Shown one piece after another: positions 63,934 through 64,000 of a DNA stretch of 64,000 bases. How positions within the stretch are numbered: position 1 is the stretch's first letter; each line of letters opens with the position of its first letter. This DNA comes from Polyangiales bacterium (lineage in GTDB: Bacteria; Myxococcota_A; Polyangia; Polyangiales; Ga0077539), in the NCBI GenBank assembly GCA_046351515.1, contig JAXLYJ010000005.1:242892-306891 (forward strand). The letters run 5' to 3'. The notes beneath the pieces are model-generated. The model was not told where the DNA came from and ran no database searches. It saw nothing but the letters and a program-made list of their open reading frames with translations. Position numbers and translations under genes: made by a program.

Positions 63934-64000
63934 CGGTGCGTTCTTCCTCTGCAGCGCACCTTCTGCGAATGCGGGCAAAATCGCTAGCGCAATCCCCGCG

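Noticed and set aside
1-64000. CRISPR arrays, rRNA, IS elements or transposases
   Set aside because: No spacer-repeat periodicity, rRNA-like conserved stretches or transposase/integrase-like ORFs were seen. The only repeats are coding low-complexity repeats and the 84-bp palindromic pair.

Overview
The window is about 70% GC. It looks like a myxobacterial chromosome segment: one protein ends in a MYXO-CTERM-like sorting tail, another carries a Myxococcus-type cysteine-rich repeat, and there are three Ser/Thr kinases (one fused to an FGE-sulfatase domain) plus many Pro/Gly-rich TM2 membrane proteins. About 48 protein-coding genes are supported. Translation-related genes are rpsF-rpsR-rplI, rplY-pth and selA. 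Other recognised genes include lipB, two sensor histidine kinases, a KirBac-type K+ channel, an OPT oligopeptide transporter, an M17 leucyl aminopeptidase, an MMPL exporter next to a hotdog dehydratase, a MocR regulator, a DedA protein, a FadL-like outer-membrane protein, a chlorite-dismutase/HemQ-family protein, two GNATs and a CoA-transferase. The most unusual loci are: (1) a bacterial Major Vault Protein homologue (30738-33263, minus strand) co-operonic with a secreted protein built from about nine tandem 18-aa Cys repeats plus a C-terminal beta-rich domain; (2) a protein carrying a near-canonical RNA-polymerase beta' (RpoC) N-terminal zinc-ribbon motif, translationally coupled to lipB; (3) a roughly 1700-1800-aa HEAT-repeat / HExxH-metallopeptidase-like / vWA protein; (4) a duplicated ~85-bp palindromic element between the OPT transporter and pepA; (5) an AT-rich inverted repeat in the promoter region of the vault gene. 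No rRNA, tRNA or CRISPR array was recognised. Many long ORFs in the six-frame track are high-GC antisense artefacts.
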